Origin: a phage
Sequence record: PQ724394.1
Length of the DNA: 64,000 nucleotides
Direction: 5' to 3' (one strand)
The stretch's first letter is position 1, and every line of letters begins with the position of its first letter. Positions 42,714 to 53,072 of this stretch are shown piece by piece. The notes under the pieces were generated by a model, which saw nothing but the letters and a program-made list of their open reading frames with translations, did not search any database and was not told where the DNA came from. Both the position numbers and the translations under genes were made by a program.

Positions 42714-44439
42714 ATCTAATCAGAATAGTTTTCGTCGCAATAAACTGATTGAAGAAATGGCTCCTCAGCGTCGTGCTGAGGCGCTAGCCCAAACCCAGAA
42801 CGACGAATTAGGAAATATAACAGAAGCTTTATCAGAAACCCAGGCGGCGTCTGAATTGCTCTCTGAAGTTGTTGAAACAAAGTCTAATCAGATTATTAAT
42901 TCTATAGACAGAGTAGATAAAAGTGTTCAAGATGTTGTCGCCGGAACAGAATTAACAGCCGAAGCTATATCAGAACAAACCCAACAATCTAAAGCTCTTT
43001 CGGATGCCTTAAACGAAAAGATTAATAAGCTTTCTAATATGTTGGAGGCTAAATTCTCTGGTATTTCTATTCCGCCGGAAGGGAGCTCATTAAAGGTTAT
43101 TGAAGACTCTATTCCAGAAGAACCTAAGGCTGAAACTCCTAAAGTCCCGGCAGTTATTGAAGATATTCTTCCGCCTGAAGATAATAAACCTGACGCTGAA
43201 TTTGTACCAGAGCCTCCTAAAAATTCAAATGAAGGTAAAGAAGGTGATAAGTCTTCTCTTTCTGATAAAATCGAAGCCCTTACAAAAATAACCGAAAAAG
43301 GATTTAAAGCCTCTGTGGGTGTGGCTGATAGAATTTCAGGTATGCTTTTTAAGTATACTATTACTGCTGCTGCAGAAGCCGCTAAACTGGCTGCAGGCCT
43401 AGCCCTTTTAATATTTGGTATAGATGCTATTCGTGTATACTTCCAATATTTCATGGACCAATTTAATGAAGGATGGAAAAAATTTAACGATAAGTTTAAA
43501 GAGTGGGGACCCGTACTTGAAGGCTTAATGACCTGGGCCAAGAATGCTGAAGCTATGTTTAGCGAAAGAAATTGGCTAGGTCTGGCAGAAGCTATTATTC
43601 GCGGTATGGTTAATCTTACCAAAAATATGGCACAACTGCTAATGCTCGGTATTTCTAAATTGATTTCTGCTATTTTAAGTAAAATACCAGGTATGGGTGA
43701 TTTGGCTGAAAACGTAGAGGCATCAGCTTTAATGTCGTATCAACAAAATACTGGAGCCACTTTAGATGACGAAGACCAGACTAAAATAGCCAAGTACCAT
43801 GATAGACGTTCAGCTGAGGCTTTAGAAACAGCCGAGAAAATGAATAAGAAGTATAAGGATAAACCTGAGCTTATAAACCAGGCAGAGAAATACGGTAATC
43901 TTACTAAAGAACAAGCCGACCAATTACGCGCTGGTGGAATTGATACAAGCTTCCGTGACCTCCCTGAAGAAGAACGTTTAGAGTATTTTAAGAAACGTGA
44001 TAAAGCCCAGGCTGATATTATTCGTTTAACTCAAACCGCCGATAATATAATGAAGCCTGATTCTAAAGATATCGAAAATGCCAAGGCATTTAAAGCGGAT
44101 ATAGAGAAACAATTGGCTGACCCTATTATGGCTAAAGGTGGAGCACCTAAGGACCTTAATATTCAGCAATTACTTGATAAGATGAATAAATCTTTAGAGA
44201 AATTTAATGAAGCTGAAAAGCCTAAACCTGCTTCTGTAGCGGAATCTCCTGAAAATACCCAGGTTAAAAAGGTTGACGAGCAAATGAGAGCAAAGGAAAA
44301 TGCTAAATATAGTCAGCAAGCTCCAACTCAAATAAATCAGCAAACGAATATCAAGAAAACGAGTAAGACCAGTTATAATTTACCACCACAGTCTTCCACT
44401 CCTGCTCCTGGTATGCGTCAAGCTACTAAAGTTAATTAG
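42703..44439 (+). CDS. 29: baseplate hub / tail tube length determinator gp29
   Basis: 578 aa (T4 gp29 590 aa); Ala-rich helical central region; synteny. Confidence 0.8.
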   Translation: MKNESNQNSFRRNKLIEEMAPQRRAEALAQTQNDELGNITEALSETQAASELLSEVVETKSNQIINSIDRVDKSVQDVVAGTELTAEAISEQTQQSKALSDALNEKINKLSNMLEAKFSGISIPPEGSSLKVIEDSIPEEPKAETPKVPAVIEDILPPEDNKPDAEFVPEPPKNSNEGKEGDKSSLSDKIEALTKITEKGFKASVGVADRISGMLFKYTITAAAEAAKLAAGLALLIFGIDAIRVYFQYFMDQFNEGWKKFNDKFKEWGPVLEGLMTWAKNAEAMFSERNWLGLAEAIIRGMVNLTKNMAQLLMLGISKLISAILSKIPGMGDLAENVEASALMSYQQNTGATLDDEDQTKIAKYHDRRSAEALETAEKMNKKYKDKPELINQAEKYGNLTKEQADQLRAGGIDTSFRDLPEEERLEYFKKRDKAQADIIRLTQTADNIMKPDSKDIENAKAFKADIEKQLADPIMAKGGAPKDLNIQQLLDKMNKSLEKFNEAEKPKPASVAESPENTQVKKVDEQMRAKENAKYSQQAPTQINQQTNIKKTSKTSYNLPPQSSTPAPGMRQATKVN

Positions 44440-44447
44440 GATTGATA

Positions 44448-45536
44448 ATGAAAGTAAAAGAAATTGACATTGACGTAGCCTCCTTATTTAAAGGAGGTTC
44501 AAAAACCTCCGCGGGCCAATCTAAAGCTAAACCAGCCCAAACCACGGTAACTGCCCAGTATCCAGCCGAAAGGGCCTCGGGCAATGATACCTCTACAGAT
44601 ATGGTGTTAAACGATTTATATAAAAATGGATTACTTTTTACGGCATATAATTTTAGCTCTCGCGTATCACCTGATTTACGTAACGACCGCTCGAGCCAAA
44701 TGACTAAAAAGTTTTCAAAAGCCGCTAGTAAACTTACTGGTAATACCGGTGGGTTCAGCGCGGTTAAAAACTTGTTTAGTAACAACTCTAAAGGAGTTAA
44801 ATTTGATAGCCAGGCTTTAGCCAATATTTTGCTCCCACGTTCTAAATCTGATGTTGATTCGGTTACCCATAAATTTAATGATGTAGGCGAATCATTAATT
44901 ACTAAAGGTGGTGGTACTGCTACAGGTATTTTGAGTAACGTTGCCAGTACTGCTGTATTTGGCGCATTGGAATCTGTAACTAACGGTGTAATGGCCGATT
45001 CTGGTGAGCAAATATACACCACCGCTCGTAGTATGTATGCAGGGCCTGATAACCGTACTAAGGTATTCACTTGGGAAATGACCCCTAGAAACGCCCAAGA
45101 CCTTATTCAGATTATTAAAATATACGAAATCTTTAATTACTATTCTTATGGCGAAACAGGCAACTCTGCCTTTGCCGGTGAATTAAAAGAGAAGATTGAT
45201 ACATGGTACCGTTCCACATTTAAAAAAGAAGCTATTGATAACTTTGACGGCAAGCTATTAGGAGAAGGTATCACAAGTTTCCTTTCTAATGTTATTGTGG
45301 TAAGTAACCCAACTATTTGGTATATTCGAAACTTTGGTAATACAAGTTCATATGACGGACGTGAAGATATTTTCGGACCGTGCCAAATCCAAAGTATACG
45401 ATTTGATAAAACTCCCGACGGACATTTTAATGGTTTGGCTATTGCTCCTAACTTACCATCCACGTTTAGTTTAGAAGTTACTTTCCGTGAAATCATTACT
45501 TTGAACCGTGGCTCACTTTATACGGAAGGATTCTAA
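44448..45536 (+). CDS. 48: baseplate-tail tube junction protein gp48
   Basis: ATG at 44448 with AGGA ribosome-binding site; 362 aa (T4 gp48 364 aa). Confidence 0.8.
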   Translation: MKVKEIDIDVASLFKGGSKTSAGQSKAKPAQTTVTAQYPAERASGNDTSTDMVLNDLYKNGLLFTAYNFSSRVSPDLRNDRSSQMTKKFSKAASKLTGNTGGFSAVKNLFSNNSKGVKFDSQALANILLPRSKSDVDSVTHKFNDVGESLITKGGGTATGILSNVASTAVFGALESVTNGVMADSGEQIYTTARSMYAGPDNRTKVFTWEMTPRNAQDLIQIIKIYEIFNYYSYGETGNSAFAGELKEKIDTWYRSTFKKEAIDNFDGKLLGEGITSFLSNVIVVSNPTIWYIRNFGNTSSYDGREDIFGPCQIQSIRFDKTPDGHFNGLAIAPNLPSTFSLEVTFREIITLNRGSLYTEGF

Positions 45537-46489
45537 TGTATACTTTACAAGAATTTCAAAACCAGGCAATTAATATTGACCTACAAAGGAATAACCTGTT
45601 TAGTGTAGTATTTGCTACAGTTCCTTCTTCTAAATCCCAAGCGCTCCTCGACCAGTTCGGTGGAGCTTTATTTAACAATATCCCGTTGAATACCGATTTG
45701 TTTGGAATTACCCAAGGAGATTTAACCCAAGGTGTTACGACATTAGTGACAGCGGGCACTCAGAAGTTGATTCGTAAGTCCGGCATAAGTAAATATCTGA
45801 TTGGAGCTATGTCATCCAGGGTTGTGCAGAGCTTACTAGGTGAGTTTGAAGTCGGGACTTATCTTATGGATTTTTTCAATATGGCTTATCCTACGGCAGG
45901 TCTTTTAGTCCATGCAGTTAAAATTCCGGATAATACTTTGAACTATGAAATGGATTTGAACCACAACTCGCCTAATATCAAAATTACCGGAAGAGAATAT
46001 TCCCCATTGGTATTAAGCTTCCGTATGGATTCTGAAGCTGCTAACTACCGTGCTTTTAATGATTGGGTCAATAGTGTCCAAGACCCTATTACACAATTAA
46101 GAGCATTGCCTGAAGATGTTGAAGCTGACATCCAAGTCAACCTTCATTCTCGTAATGGATTGCCACATACGGTGGTAATGCTTAATGGATGTGTTCCTGT
46201 TAGTGTTTCATCGCCGGAATTATCCTATGATGGTGATAACCAAATTGCTTCGTTTGATGTTACATTTGCTTATAGAAGTGTGCAGACAGGTGCAGTTGGT
46301 AAACAAGCTGCTTATGAATGGCTGGAAGATAAAGTCCTTAAAGGCGTAGCAGGTATAAGTGAGAGTAACTCATTAAGTGCTTCTGTAGCTAAATTAAGCC
46401 GACTTTCAGGAGCTTCTAGTGGATTGACCGGATTGGTTAATACATTTGGTGGGCGTGCTATTAATAATGGAATATCCAGGTTGTTATAA
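45536..46489 (+). CDS. 54: baseplate-tail tube initiator gp54
   Basis: 317 aa (T4 gp54 320 aa); TAATG overlap with gene 48 stop. Confidence 0.8.
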   Translation: MYTLQEFQNQAINIDLQRNNLFSVVFATVPSSKSQALLDQFGGALFNNIPLNTDLFGITQGDLTQGVTTLVTAGTQKLIRKSGISKYLIGAMSSRVVQSLLGEFEVGTYLMDFFNMAYPTAGLLVHAVKIPDNTLNYEMDLNHNSPNIKITGREYSPLVLSFRMDSEAANYRAFNDWVNSVQDPITQLRALPEDVEADIQVNLHSRNGLPHTVVMLNGCVPVSVSSPELSYDGDNQIASFDVTFAYRSVQTGAVGKQAAYEWLEDKVLKGVAGISESNSLSASVAKLSRLSGASSGLTGLVNTFGGRAINNGISRLL

Positions 46490-46496
46490 CAAAAAA

Positions 46497-46517
46497 GGAG
46501 AGCTTACGCTCTCCTTT
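46497..46517. terminator. bidirectional terminator between gene 54 and the convergent minus-strand early block
   Basis: ggagagc-ttac-gctctcc with A-run upstream and T-rich downstream. Confidence 0.7.
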
Positions 46518-46523
46518 AGGGGT

Positions 46524-46814
46524 TTATTTACGGAACGAGATAAAACCTGCGGCGGTCATTAATGGCTGCTTTTTAACAAAGACCGTGATAGAAATAGGAG
46601 CTTCAGATTCAAGCTGGCCGGTTACTACACCATTAAAGATATTTTCAGTTTGTTCGGGTTGTGAAAAATTTTCAACCGGGCGTAAGTCAAACTGTTTGTC
46701 TTTGCCGAAAACTCGACGTAATTCATTACCGACTGCACTGTCGAACTCTTCAGAAGCAGGGATAACGTTTTCAACTACCAGCTCTTGACCATTAAAACGG
46801 AATGCAGATTTCAT
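46524..46814 (-). CDS. hypothetical protein (96 aa)
   Basis: Minus-strand ORF with leader ACATGAGGAGA and its own GTTTAC-N18-TACTAT promoter; position corresponds to the T4 alt.-1/-2 region. Confidence 0.5.
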   Translation of the reverse strand: MKSAFRFNGQELVVENVIPASEEFDSAVGNELRRVFGKDKQFDLRPVENFSQPEQTENIFNGVVTGQLESEAPISITVFVKKQPLMTAAGFISFRK

Positions 46815-46842
46815 AATGTTCTCCTCATGTTTGTGTAAGGTA

Positions 46843-46872
46843 ATAGTACCACATCCTTGTGGCGTTGTAAAC
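46843..46872 (-). promoter_or_regulatory. sigma70-like early promoter candidate (GTTTAC-N18-TACTAT)
   Basis: Minus strand: GTTTAC (46872-46867, overlapping the first Alt-like gene stop), 18 nt, TACTAT (46848-46843). Confidence 0.45.
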
Positions 46873-48995
46873 TACATTTTGAATTTATTTGATAAAGAAG
46901 AGATGTCCAAAGATGCAGCAAGGATTTCCATAGCCTCATTACTTTCTGAAACAGATTCTGAAACTAGGAATTCTTTAAACCCATTCATCAATTTAACTTC
47001 ACCGGTTTCCATCAGATGGTCGCCATCGTAAACGGATTCGCTGAGTTCTGAAGGAGATGTCACTGTAGCTTCCATAAGGTATTTGTGAGATACTCTATCA
47101 TTCATAGCAAAAGCCGCTACTTTATCAACCTTCAACAATAACCCGCGCGGAAGGATAATTTCCGCTTCTTCGGCATATTCTGTAAGGTCGCCAGGAGCGA
47201 TAACTTTAACTGCTTCAGCACCTCGAATAACCATACCAATTTCAGCAATCCTGTCTGCAGGGCCTTCAGGTGCAATTGGATTACCAAACTCGTCTTCTTC
47301 CCATTCTACCTCTTCGTCATCGACTTCACCTACGTCAGATGAACTACCACTGGCTAATTTAAACAACTCATCAGCGGAGGATAAAGAACCTTCATCACCG
47401 ACAAAAACTGCTTGGTTGTCGAGGGCCATATAATTTTTACCAAATTCGCCAAAGATATTAGGCTTTAATGAAGCGGACACAAAGTTCTTAAAGTAAAAGG
47501 TTTTGTTATCAATATTATGGCGCAGAATTTTGTATGGTAAATCCTGACCACGATACAAAATAGTACCCTTAGGAAGTTTAATACCCTTGGTAAATGCCGA
47601 GTCTAAATCCTTAATCAATTTAATAGCTGTTGTATTGTTTTCGGATTCAGGTTTACCTAAAAGGAATAAGTTCATAGGAGCATATTCAGCCGCACAATAT
47701 TCAATAATGGCATTACTTTCGTCTTTGGTCAAGCCCTTAGGTTTAATGAGCTCGCCTGAATAAGCATATGCATCGCTAATAGAATCGTTAATCAGTTTAT
47801 AAACGGCTTCCATAGCGAAAGCAATTCGAGATGCTTTCTCTGAAGGAGACCCCTGAAAACGGGCACTCAGGTTATTAACAATTCTCTTAATAATATCCAG
47901 ACTATTGGTAGTATTGATTTGAGAAAGACCGCTTAAAAGTCTATCGACTTCCGTATTAAAAAATGCCATATTATTAGAGTAAATTTCAAACCCTTGTTTA
48001 TCTCTATTAGCATAATTTAGTTTAAATTTACTATCAGTCATTAAAGCGTGCGTGAGAGCAATGGTGTATCTAAAGTTGGCAAGGTCCTCACTCTTAGATT
48101 TAAACTGAGAGGCCTGTCGCATTTTAGTAATAGAACCTTTTTTAAAGTTCTGGCTAATCTGCTCAATACCTTCGTTCTCAGGGCCTTCGGCCGAGTGAAC
48201 AGGGACAGAAGCTTCAAACTCGTTATAAATCTGCAATTCTTTAGGTGATAAAGTTTCGGGTTCGGCAGTAGAATACTGCGCCGCTGCAGCCATACGACGG
48301 GAAATCTTAGTACGAGAAATAACAGCCTTATCGGTACGTTTCTCTTCAACCTGTGCAATAGATGCCGCTACGGCTTCTACTTTACTTACGGCCTGGCCGG
48401 TTTTCTTAGAAACATAAACTTCACCGACTTTAGACTCAACCTTGGTATAAAGGTCTGCATCAATTTCAGGCATACCCTTGATATCTTCGATATTAGAACC
48501 ACGACGTACTAAAAGAACGTAGGTATGTTTACCACTAAACTGGAACATATCATCGACAACTTTAAACTTACCACCGGTACGTGCCATCACCAAACGAGCT
48601 AATACACGCTGAACGGTAGGACCCTTACCTTTCATTTTCTTGGTAGGGAAACGGAACAAAACTGCATCCATTTTAAGTTTGTTTACTTGTTCGTATACGG
48701 TATCGAAAATAGTATTCAGTGTACCAAGTGGGTCAGAACCAAGCCCACCTTTGAGTTCAGCCGGAGCACCCTTGCTAGACAAACTCATTAAAATAATATG
48801 AACGTATTTGTCGCCAGGCTTAACCATTTTAATAGCGTCTCCTTGAGACGCATAAGATACCATACGAGCAACCAGGTTATCATTACCTGGTGCTTGGATA
48901 GAGAAAATCTGTGGGATACCTGAGCCTGGCTTAAGATTTGTTACTGGATAGTTTTTAGCTGAATCACTATCAAAAACTTCGTTTAAATTTTCCAT
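46872..48995 (-). CDS. alt: Alt-like ADP-ribosyltransferase paralogue 1
   Basis: 707 aa; R-S-E motifs in the C-terminal half (LYRGQ, FVSAS, EAEIILPRG); position between gene 54 and DNA ligase as for T4 alt (682 aa). Confidence 0.7.
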   Translation of the reverse strand: MENLNEVFDSDSAKNYPVTNLKPGSGIPQIFSIQAPGNDNLVARMVSYASQGDAIKMVKPGDKYVHIILMSLSSKGAPAELKGGLGSDPLGTLNTIFDTVYEQVNKLKMDAVLFRFPTKKMKGKGPTVQRVLARLVMARTGGKFKVVDDMFQFSGKHTYVLLVRRGSNIEDIKGMPEIDADLYTKVESKVGEVYVSKKTGQAVSKVEAVAASIAQVEEKRTDKAVISRTKISRRMAAAAQYSTAEPETLSPKELQIYNEFEASVPVHSAEGPENEGIEQISQNFKKGSITKMRQASQFKSKSEDLANFRYTIALTHALMTDSKFKLNYANRDKQGFEIYSNNMAFFNTEVDRLLSGLSQINTTNSLDIIKRIVNNLSARFQGSPSEKASRIAFAMEAVYKLINDSISDAYAYSGELIKPKGLTKDESNAIIEYCAAEYAPMNLFLLGKPESENNTTAIKLIKDLDSAFTKGIKLPKGTILYRGQDLPYKILRHNIDNKTFYFKNFVSASLKPNIFGEFGKNYMALDNQAVFVGDEGSLSSADELFKLASGSSSDVGEVDDEEVEWEEDEFGNPIAPEGPADRIAEIGMVIRGAEAVKVIAPGDLTEYAEEAEIILPRGLLLKVDKVAAFAMNDRVSHKYLMEATVTSPSELSESVYDGDHLMETGEVKLMNGFKEFLVSESVSESNEAMEILAASLDISSLSNKFKM

Positions 48996-48998
48996 TAT

Positions 48999-51083
48999 TT
49001 ACCCTTGGATGAATTTTTCTGGTATGTCATAGAGGTCTATGCATGAAGCCAAAAGTGGCAGTACGTCAAACCGTGTAGATTTAACAAATGAATCAAAAGA
49101 TACAGGGCTTTCGGAAGTATCGAAGTCATCTTGGTATACAACCAATTCACCAGTTTCCATTAGTACGTCACCATCATACACCACAGATTCTTGAAGCTCA
49201 TCTGTGGTCATAACTTCGGCTTGAACGAGTTTTGTATTACTAGATGTTGTTCCGTCATTATTAGAGGCATCGGTTATTTTATTAACTTTGACCATCAATC
49301 CACGCGGTAGAATAACTTCAGCTTCTGTTGCTATTCCGAGACTTCCTGGATATACAACATTAACTTTATGGGCTCCATCAATTGCCCATCCTATTTGAAC
49401 TTTAACGTAATCAGGGTTTTCTTTATACGCTCTTATTTCATTAGGATTAATGGTTATTCCTTCTTCATTTTTATCGACTGTCAATTCATTGCGAACTTCC
49501 GGTTCTAAAAGACCGACACCCGCGTGTGTAACACCAAAACGACCAAAAATGATAGGAGTCAGTGAAGTAGATACAAAATTTCTAAAATAAAATACCTTAT
49601 TTTTAACTAGTGCTTCGTATATAGGAGCAGTCATACTTTGAGCACGATAAACTGTAATGCCTTCTGGTATACGGTCACCATTTTCAAAAGCTGAATCAAG
49701 ATTATTAACAGCAGATTCAATAGACCTTTCATTCATTACATCATAGTTCTGAGGATTATAACGTCCTAAAAGAAGATTATTGATGTCGGTATAACCTGAG
49801 CCGCAGTATTCTCTGATGCCGCGCTTTTGTGATGGGGTGTATTTAGAACCATCGCGAGCAATAGTAATATCGACCATAATACCACCGCCTACACCAGCAA
49901 AACTATATACACGTTTTTTAATGAACTTGGTCTTGGCTGCTTTCCACTTGGACTCGGTTAATTCATTCCAGACGTCGTCAGGCTGACCTTTACGAGTTTT
50001 GTTATGTATAGCCAGCCATTCGCCTTTATATTCTTCAAAAACTGTATTAATAACAGAGGCATACTTTTCTAGAGCTTTAACAGATGTCAAAGGTTCGTTT
50101 TTGATGGCTGTAAGAATTCTCTCTTTAATTTTCTCTTGGATTTCACCTATACCGTGAAGAGGAAACATTTTATATTCATAATGCAACTCTTCAGCAGTGC
50201 CTTCAGCTACTATATTAGCAACTTTATTTTTAGCCGCAGGAGAATTGTTATTGGTGACCATTTCCTGTGCCTCAGGGATTAATGGAGCTGTTGCAGGTTT
50301 ATTAAAATCTGCTGCAGTAGCTTCATATTTCTTAAACAGTTCACTTTCATTACGATAAGATTCTAAAGACTGACTTGCTGCAATAGCGCGACGAGAAATC
50401 TTAGTCTTGGTTATAACCATTTTATCAGTGCGACGTTCTTCAACTTTAGCAATACTGCCGGCAATAGCAGTTTCTTTAGTAACCTGCACACCTTCTTTTT
50501 TAGAAATATAAACTTCACCAACATCAGAATCTACCTTAGTATATAATTCGGCATTAATTCCTGGCATACCTTTGATATCTTCAATATCAGCTTGTTTACG
50601 AACTACTAGGATATAAGTATGTTTACCGGTAAATTGGTACATGGCTGGAACTACTTTAAAACGTCCACCGGTTTTCTGTGCTACCAAACGTTGGATAATC
50701 CGTTGGACGATAGGTCCTTGTCCTTTCATTTTCTTGGTTGGAAAACGGAACATCACAGCATCCATACGAAGCTTTTTAACTTGTTCGAATACTACGTCGA
50801 AAATGGTATTAATAGCATCAATAGGAGTAGGGCCTAAGCCGCCTTTAAGTTCGGCTGGAGAACCTTTAGCTGAAAGGCTCATAAGGATGACGTGGGCGTA
50901 TTTATCACCTAATTTAACCTGTTTAATAGCATCGCCTTCAGAGGCATAAGATACCATACGGGCCACTAATTGGGATTCGGCGTCGCCAATCTTCCAAATC
51001 TGCGGTACTTTAAGTTTTGGGTTTAAGTTTACAGTAGGCAGGGTGCCTTCAGACTCAAACACTTCATTTAATTGTTCGGTCAT
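48999..51083 (-). CDS. Alt-like ADP-ribosyltransferase paralogue 2
   Basis: 694 aa; N-terminal ~140 aa highly similar to paralogue 1; R-S-E motifs (VYRAQ, FVSTS, EAEVILPRG). Confidence 0.7.
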   Translation of the reverse strand: MTEQLNEVFESEGTLPTVNLNPKLKVPQIWKIGDAESQLVARMVSYASEGDAIKQVKLGDKYAHVILMSLSAKGSPAELKGGLGPTPIDAINTIFDVVFEQVKKLRMDAVMFRFPTKKMKGQGPIVQRIIQRLVAQKTGGRFKVVPAMYQFTGKHTYILVVRKQADIEDIKGMPGINAELYTKVDSDVGEVYISKKEGVQVTKETAIAGSIAKVEERRTDKMVITKTKISRRAIAASQSLESYRNESELFKKYEATAADFNKPATAPLIPEAQEMVTNNNSPAAKNKVANIVAEGTAEELHYEYKMFPLHGIGEIQEKIKERILTAIKNEPLTSVKALEKYASVINTVFEEYKGEWLAIHNKTRKGQPDDVWNELTESKWKAAKTKFIKKRVYSFAGVGGGIMVDITIARDGSKYTPSQKRGIREYCGSGYTDINNLLLGRYNPQNYDVMNERSIESAVNNLDSAFENGDRIPEGITVYRAQSMTAPIYEALVKNKVFYFRNFVSTSLTPIIFGRFGVTHAGVGLLEPEVRNELTVDKNEEGITINPNEIRAYKENPDYVKVQIGWAIDGAHKVNVVYPGSLGIATEAEVILPRGLMVKVNKITDASNNDGTTSSNTKLVQAEVMTTDELQESVVYDGDVLMETGELVVYQDDFDTSESPVSFDSFVKSTRFDVLPLLASCIDLYDIPEKFIQG

Positions 51084-51120
51084 AATAATTCCTCTTTAAT
51101 AACCGTATTTATGCCATAAA

Positions 51121-51134
51121 AGGCCCGAAGGCCT
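51121..51134 (-). other. UUCG-type hairpin upstream of the second Alt-like gene
   Basis: Plus aggcc-cgaa-ggcct, reading ggcc-UUCG-ggcc on the minus strand. Confidence 0.4.
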
Positions 51135-51304
51135 TAAAGTGGTAGCAACGTACGATATACTTCGAATGTCGGGCCTTTTTCATAGCCATCAAACATGTCT
51201 TTAAAATCGGCAAAAGCTATTTCATCCTCAAACTCTAGGATGATTTGAGAGGCCGCGGTGGTATTTGTATTTGTTACAACAATTGTTTCTAAATAAGCTT
51301 TCAT
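51134..51304 (-). CDS. hypothetical small protein (56 aa)
   Basis: ATG at 51304 lies 2 nt after the ligase stop; short. Confidence 0.35.
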   Translation of the reverse strand: MKAYLETIVVTNTNTTAASQIILEFEDEIAFADFKDMFDGYEKGPTFEVYRTLLPL

Positions 51305-51305
51305 A

Positions 51306-52811
51306 TTATAGTCCAGTTTGAGACCAATCACCAAATACATCTTCAAATGTATCAGCTTCTGTTTTATCGAAACGCCAACCTTTAATAGTTGGAAGGAAAA
51401 TACCTACAGTATCAGTACGTCCTTTAGAATGAACCCAACCATTACATTCACAGTCAGCAATACGTCCAATCAACTTACCTTCACGGGCTTGTTTCATAAG
51501 AAGTTCACGGTCTAAATCAGGACGGTTTTCTAATGGGATTAATACCTTTTTACCGGATTTATCTTTCTTATGGGTGGTATCTTTAAAACCGGAACCACAG
51601 TCAGTTGTAATACGACGGCACCGTGATACTAACTCAATACCACCAATCTTGTTAGGGTCTTTAGAGTGTTCATAATAACCTACTACTTCTAAAGCAATAT
51701 CGATTACTTCTTTGAACTTTATAAGATTCTTAGAACGGCGGTTCTCCCAGTAGGAGTCCATGTTCTTAAGGATAATACCTTCCAAGCGTTTGCCGATATA
51801 TTTCTTATAAACTGCTTTAGCTTCGTCCAGGTTATTAACCCACTGCGTTTCGATAGGCTCGACACGTGTAAAACCTTCAGCCATTTGTACTAATGCCGCT
51901 AAACGAACATCGTATTTTTGACCTTTAATTTTGCCTTCAGAATAAACTTCATCCAATGGAACATAGTCCCACGCCTGTAATACCATGCCATCAGCTTCAG
52001 CTGGAGTAATAGTTCCTTGAAGAGCCTTGTTAGCCAAGCCATTTGACGTAGAACGATCGGCTACGGTTTGGAACTCCTTAGCCTTACTTAATTCAGGAAG
52101 TTCTTCATCAAACATACTAAACAAATCATTAGATGCTTTAGGTTCTACTTTAGGTGTATGGTAAACTAATTCACCATCAATCATAACACCATTAGGATGA
52201 CGCTGACGAGCTTCTTCGGTCATTTTAATAAGTTCGGCCGCAAGCTTAGTAAGCCCTTGATATTCGTTCCCACCACGAGTAAGGAATGTTACCCCATCGT
52301 TACGAACTTCAGCAAAACAACGGGCACCGTCAGCTTTTAATTGGGCGAACGCTGGCCATTTAATATTTTTCTTAATCAGGGCTTCGTCATAAGAACTAGC
52401 CAACATTTGAGGTTGTTCAGGGATTAAACCTTTCCAAACCTTGTTAGCAATAGAAATCGATGCACCACATTCAAGGTCACGCATCATTACTCGACGTAAT
52501 ACCTCAGCGTCAGGACCCTTAGCATCGGCAATAATTTGGGCAAGCTCTTCAATAGCCGCATTACCTGTAATCTTACGGGTGGCTAATGTGAACTCAGCGA
52601 AATCAAGAAGGTCTTCAAGTGTAATCATACCAAAGGATTGAGACGTAAATCCAGGTTCAGGCCACTTTTTAATACCGTAGTTTAAACGACGGGTATAAGC
52701 CATACGATATACACGTTTCAGAAGCTCGTTATCCTTTTCACGAGCAATAATAGCTTCTTTAGCTTTAGTAGAATCAATAGAAGCAATTTCGTTTAAAATA
52801 TCTAAAATCAT
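51306..52811 (-). CDS. 30: ATP-dependent DNA ligase gp30
   Basis: 501 aa; N-terminus MILDILNEIASIDSTK and adenylation motif KADGAR closely match T4 DNA ligase. Confidence 0.95.
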   Translation of the reverse strand: MILDILNEIASIDSTKAKEAIIAREKDNELLKRVYRMAYTRRLNYGIKKWPEPGFTSQSFGMITLEDLLDFAEFTLATRKITGNAAIEELAQIIADAKGPDAEVLRRVMMRDLECGASISIANKVWKGLIPEQPQMLASSYDEALIKKNIKWPAFAQLKADGARCFAEVRNDGVTFLTRGGNEYQGLTKLAAELIKMTEEARQRHPNGVMIDGELVYHTPKVEPKASNDLFSMFDEELPELSKAKEFQTVADRSTSNGLANKALQGTITPAEADGMVLQAWDYVPLDEVYSEGKIKGQKYDVRLAALVQMAEGFTRVEPIETQWVNNLDEAKAVYKKYIGKRLEGIILKNMDSYWENRRSKNLIKFKEVIDIALEVVGYYEHSKDPNKIGGIELVSRCRRITTDCGSGFKDTTHKKDKSGKKVLIPLENRPDLDRELLMKQAREGKLIGRIADCECNGWVHSKGRTDTVGIFLPTIKGWRFDKTEADTFEDVFGDWSQTGL

Positions 52812-53071
52812 TTTACCGTCCTTACAGTTTGTGTACTTCTATTATAAGCTACTTCATCTAAAAGCTCATTTAAAGTTTTGTGATACGATATAATACGCTT
52901 ATCTTTAATATCATATTCAGTAACATACATAAATCCACGCCGAACACATTGGATAAAGATATCTTCATCTTTGGCTTGGAAATATACAGGGTTCAATCGA
53001 AGGAATTGTCTAACGTTTCCATAATCATGGGATTTAGGGATTCCATCAGTAATAGTATGAACAACAAACAT
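52808..53071 (-). CDS. hypothetical protein (87 aa)
   Basis: ATGA-type overlap with the ligase start; start taken at internal ATG 53071 preceded by GAGG. Confidence 0.5.
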   Translation of the reverse strand: MFVVHTITDGIPKSHDYGNVRQFLRLNPVYFQAKDEDIFIQCVRRGFMYVTEYDIKDKRIISYHKTLNELLDEVAYNRSTQTVRTVK

Positions 53072-53072
53072 A

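Noticed and set aside
42927-43622. 231-aa minus-strand ORF inside gene 29
   Set aside because: Antisense shadow of the Ala/Glu-rich gp29 coding region; low-complexity Ser/Ala/Leu-rich translation.
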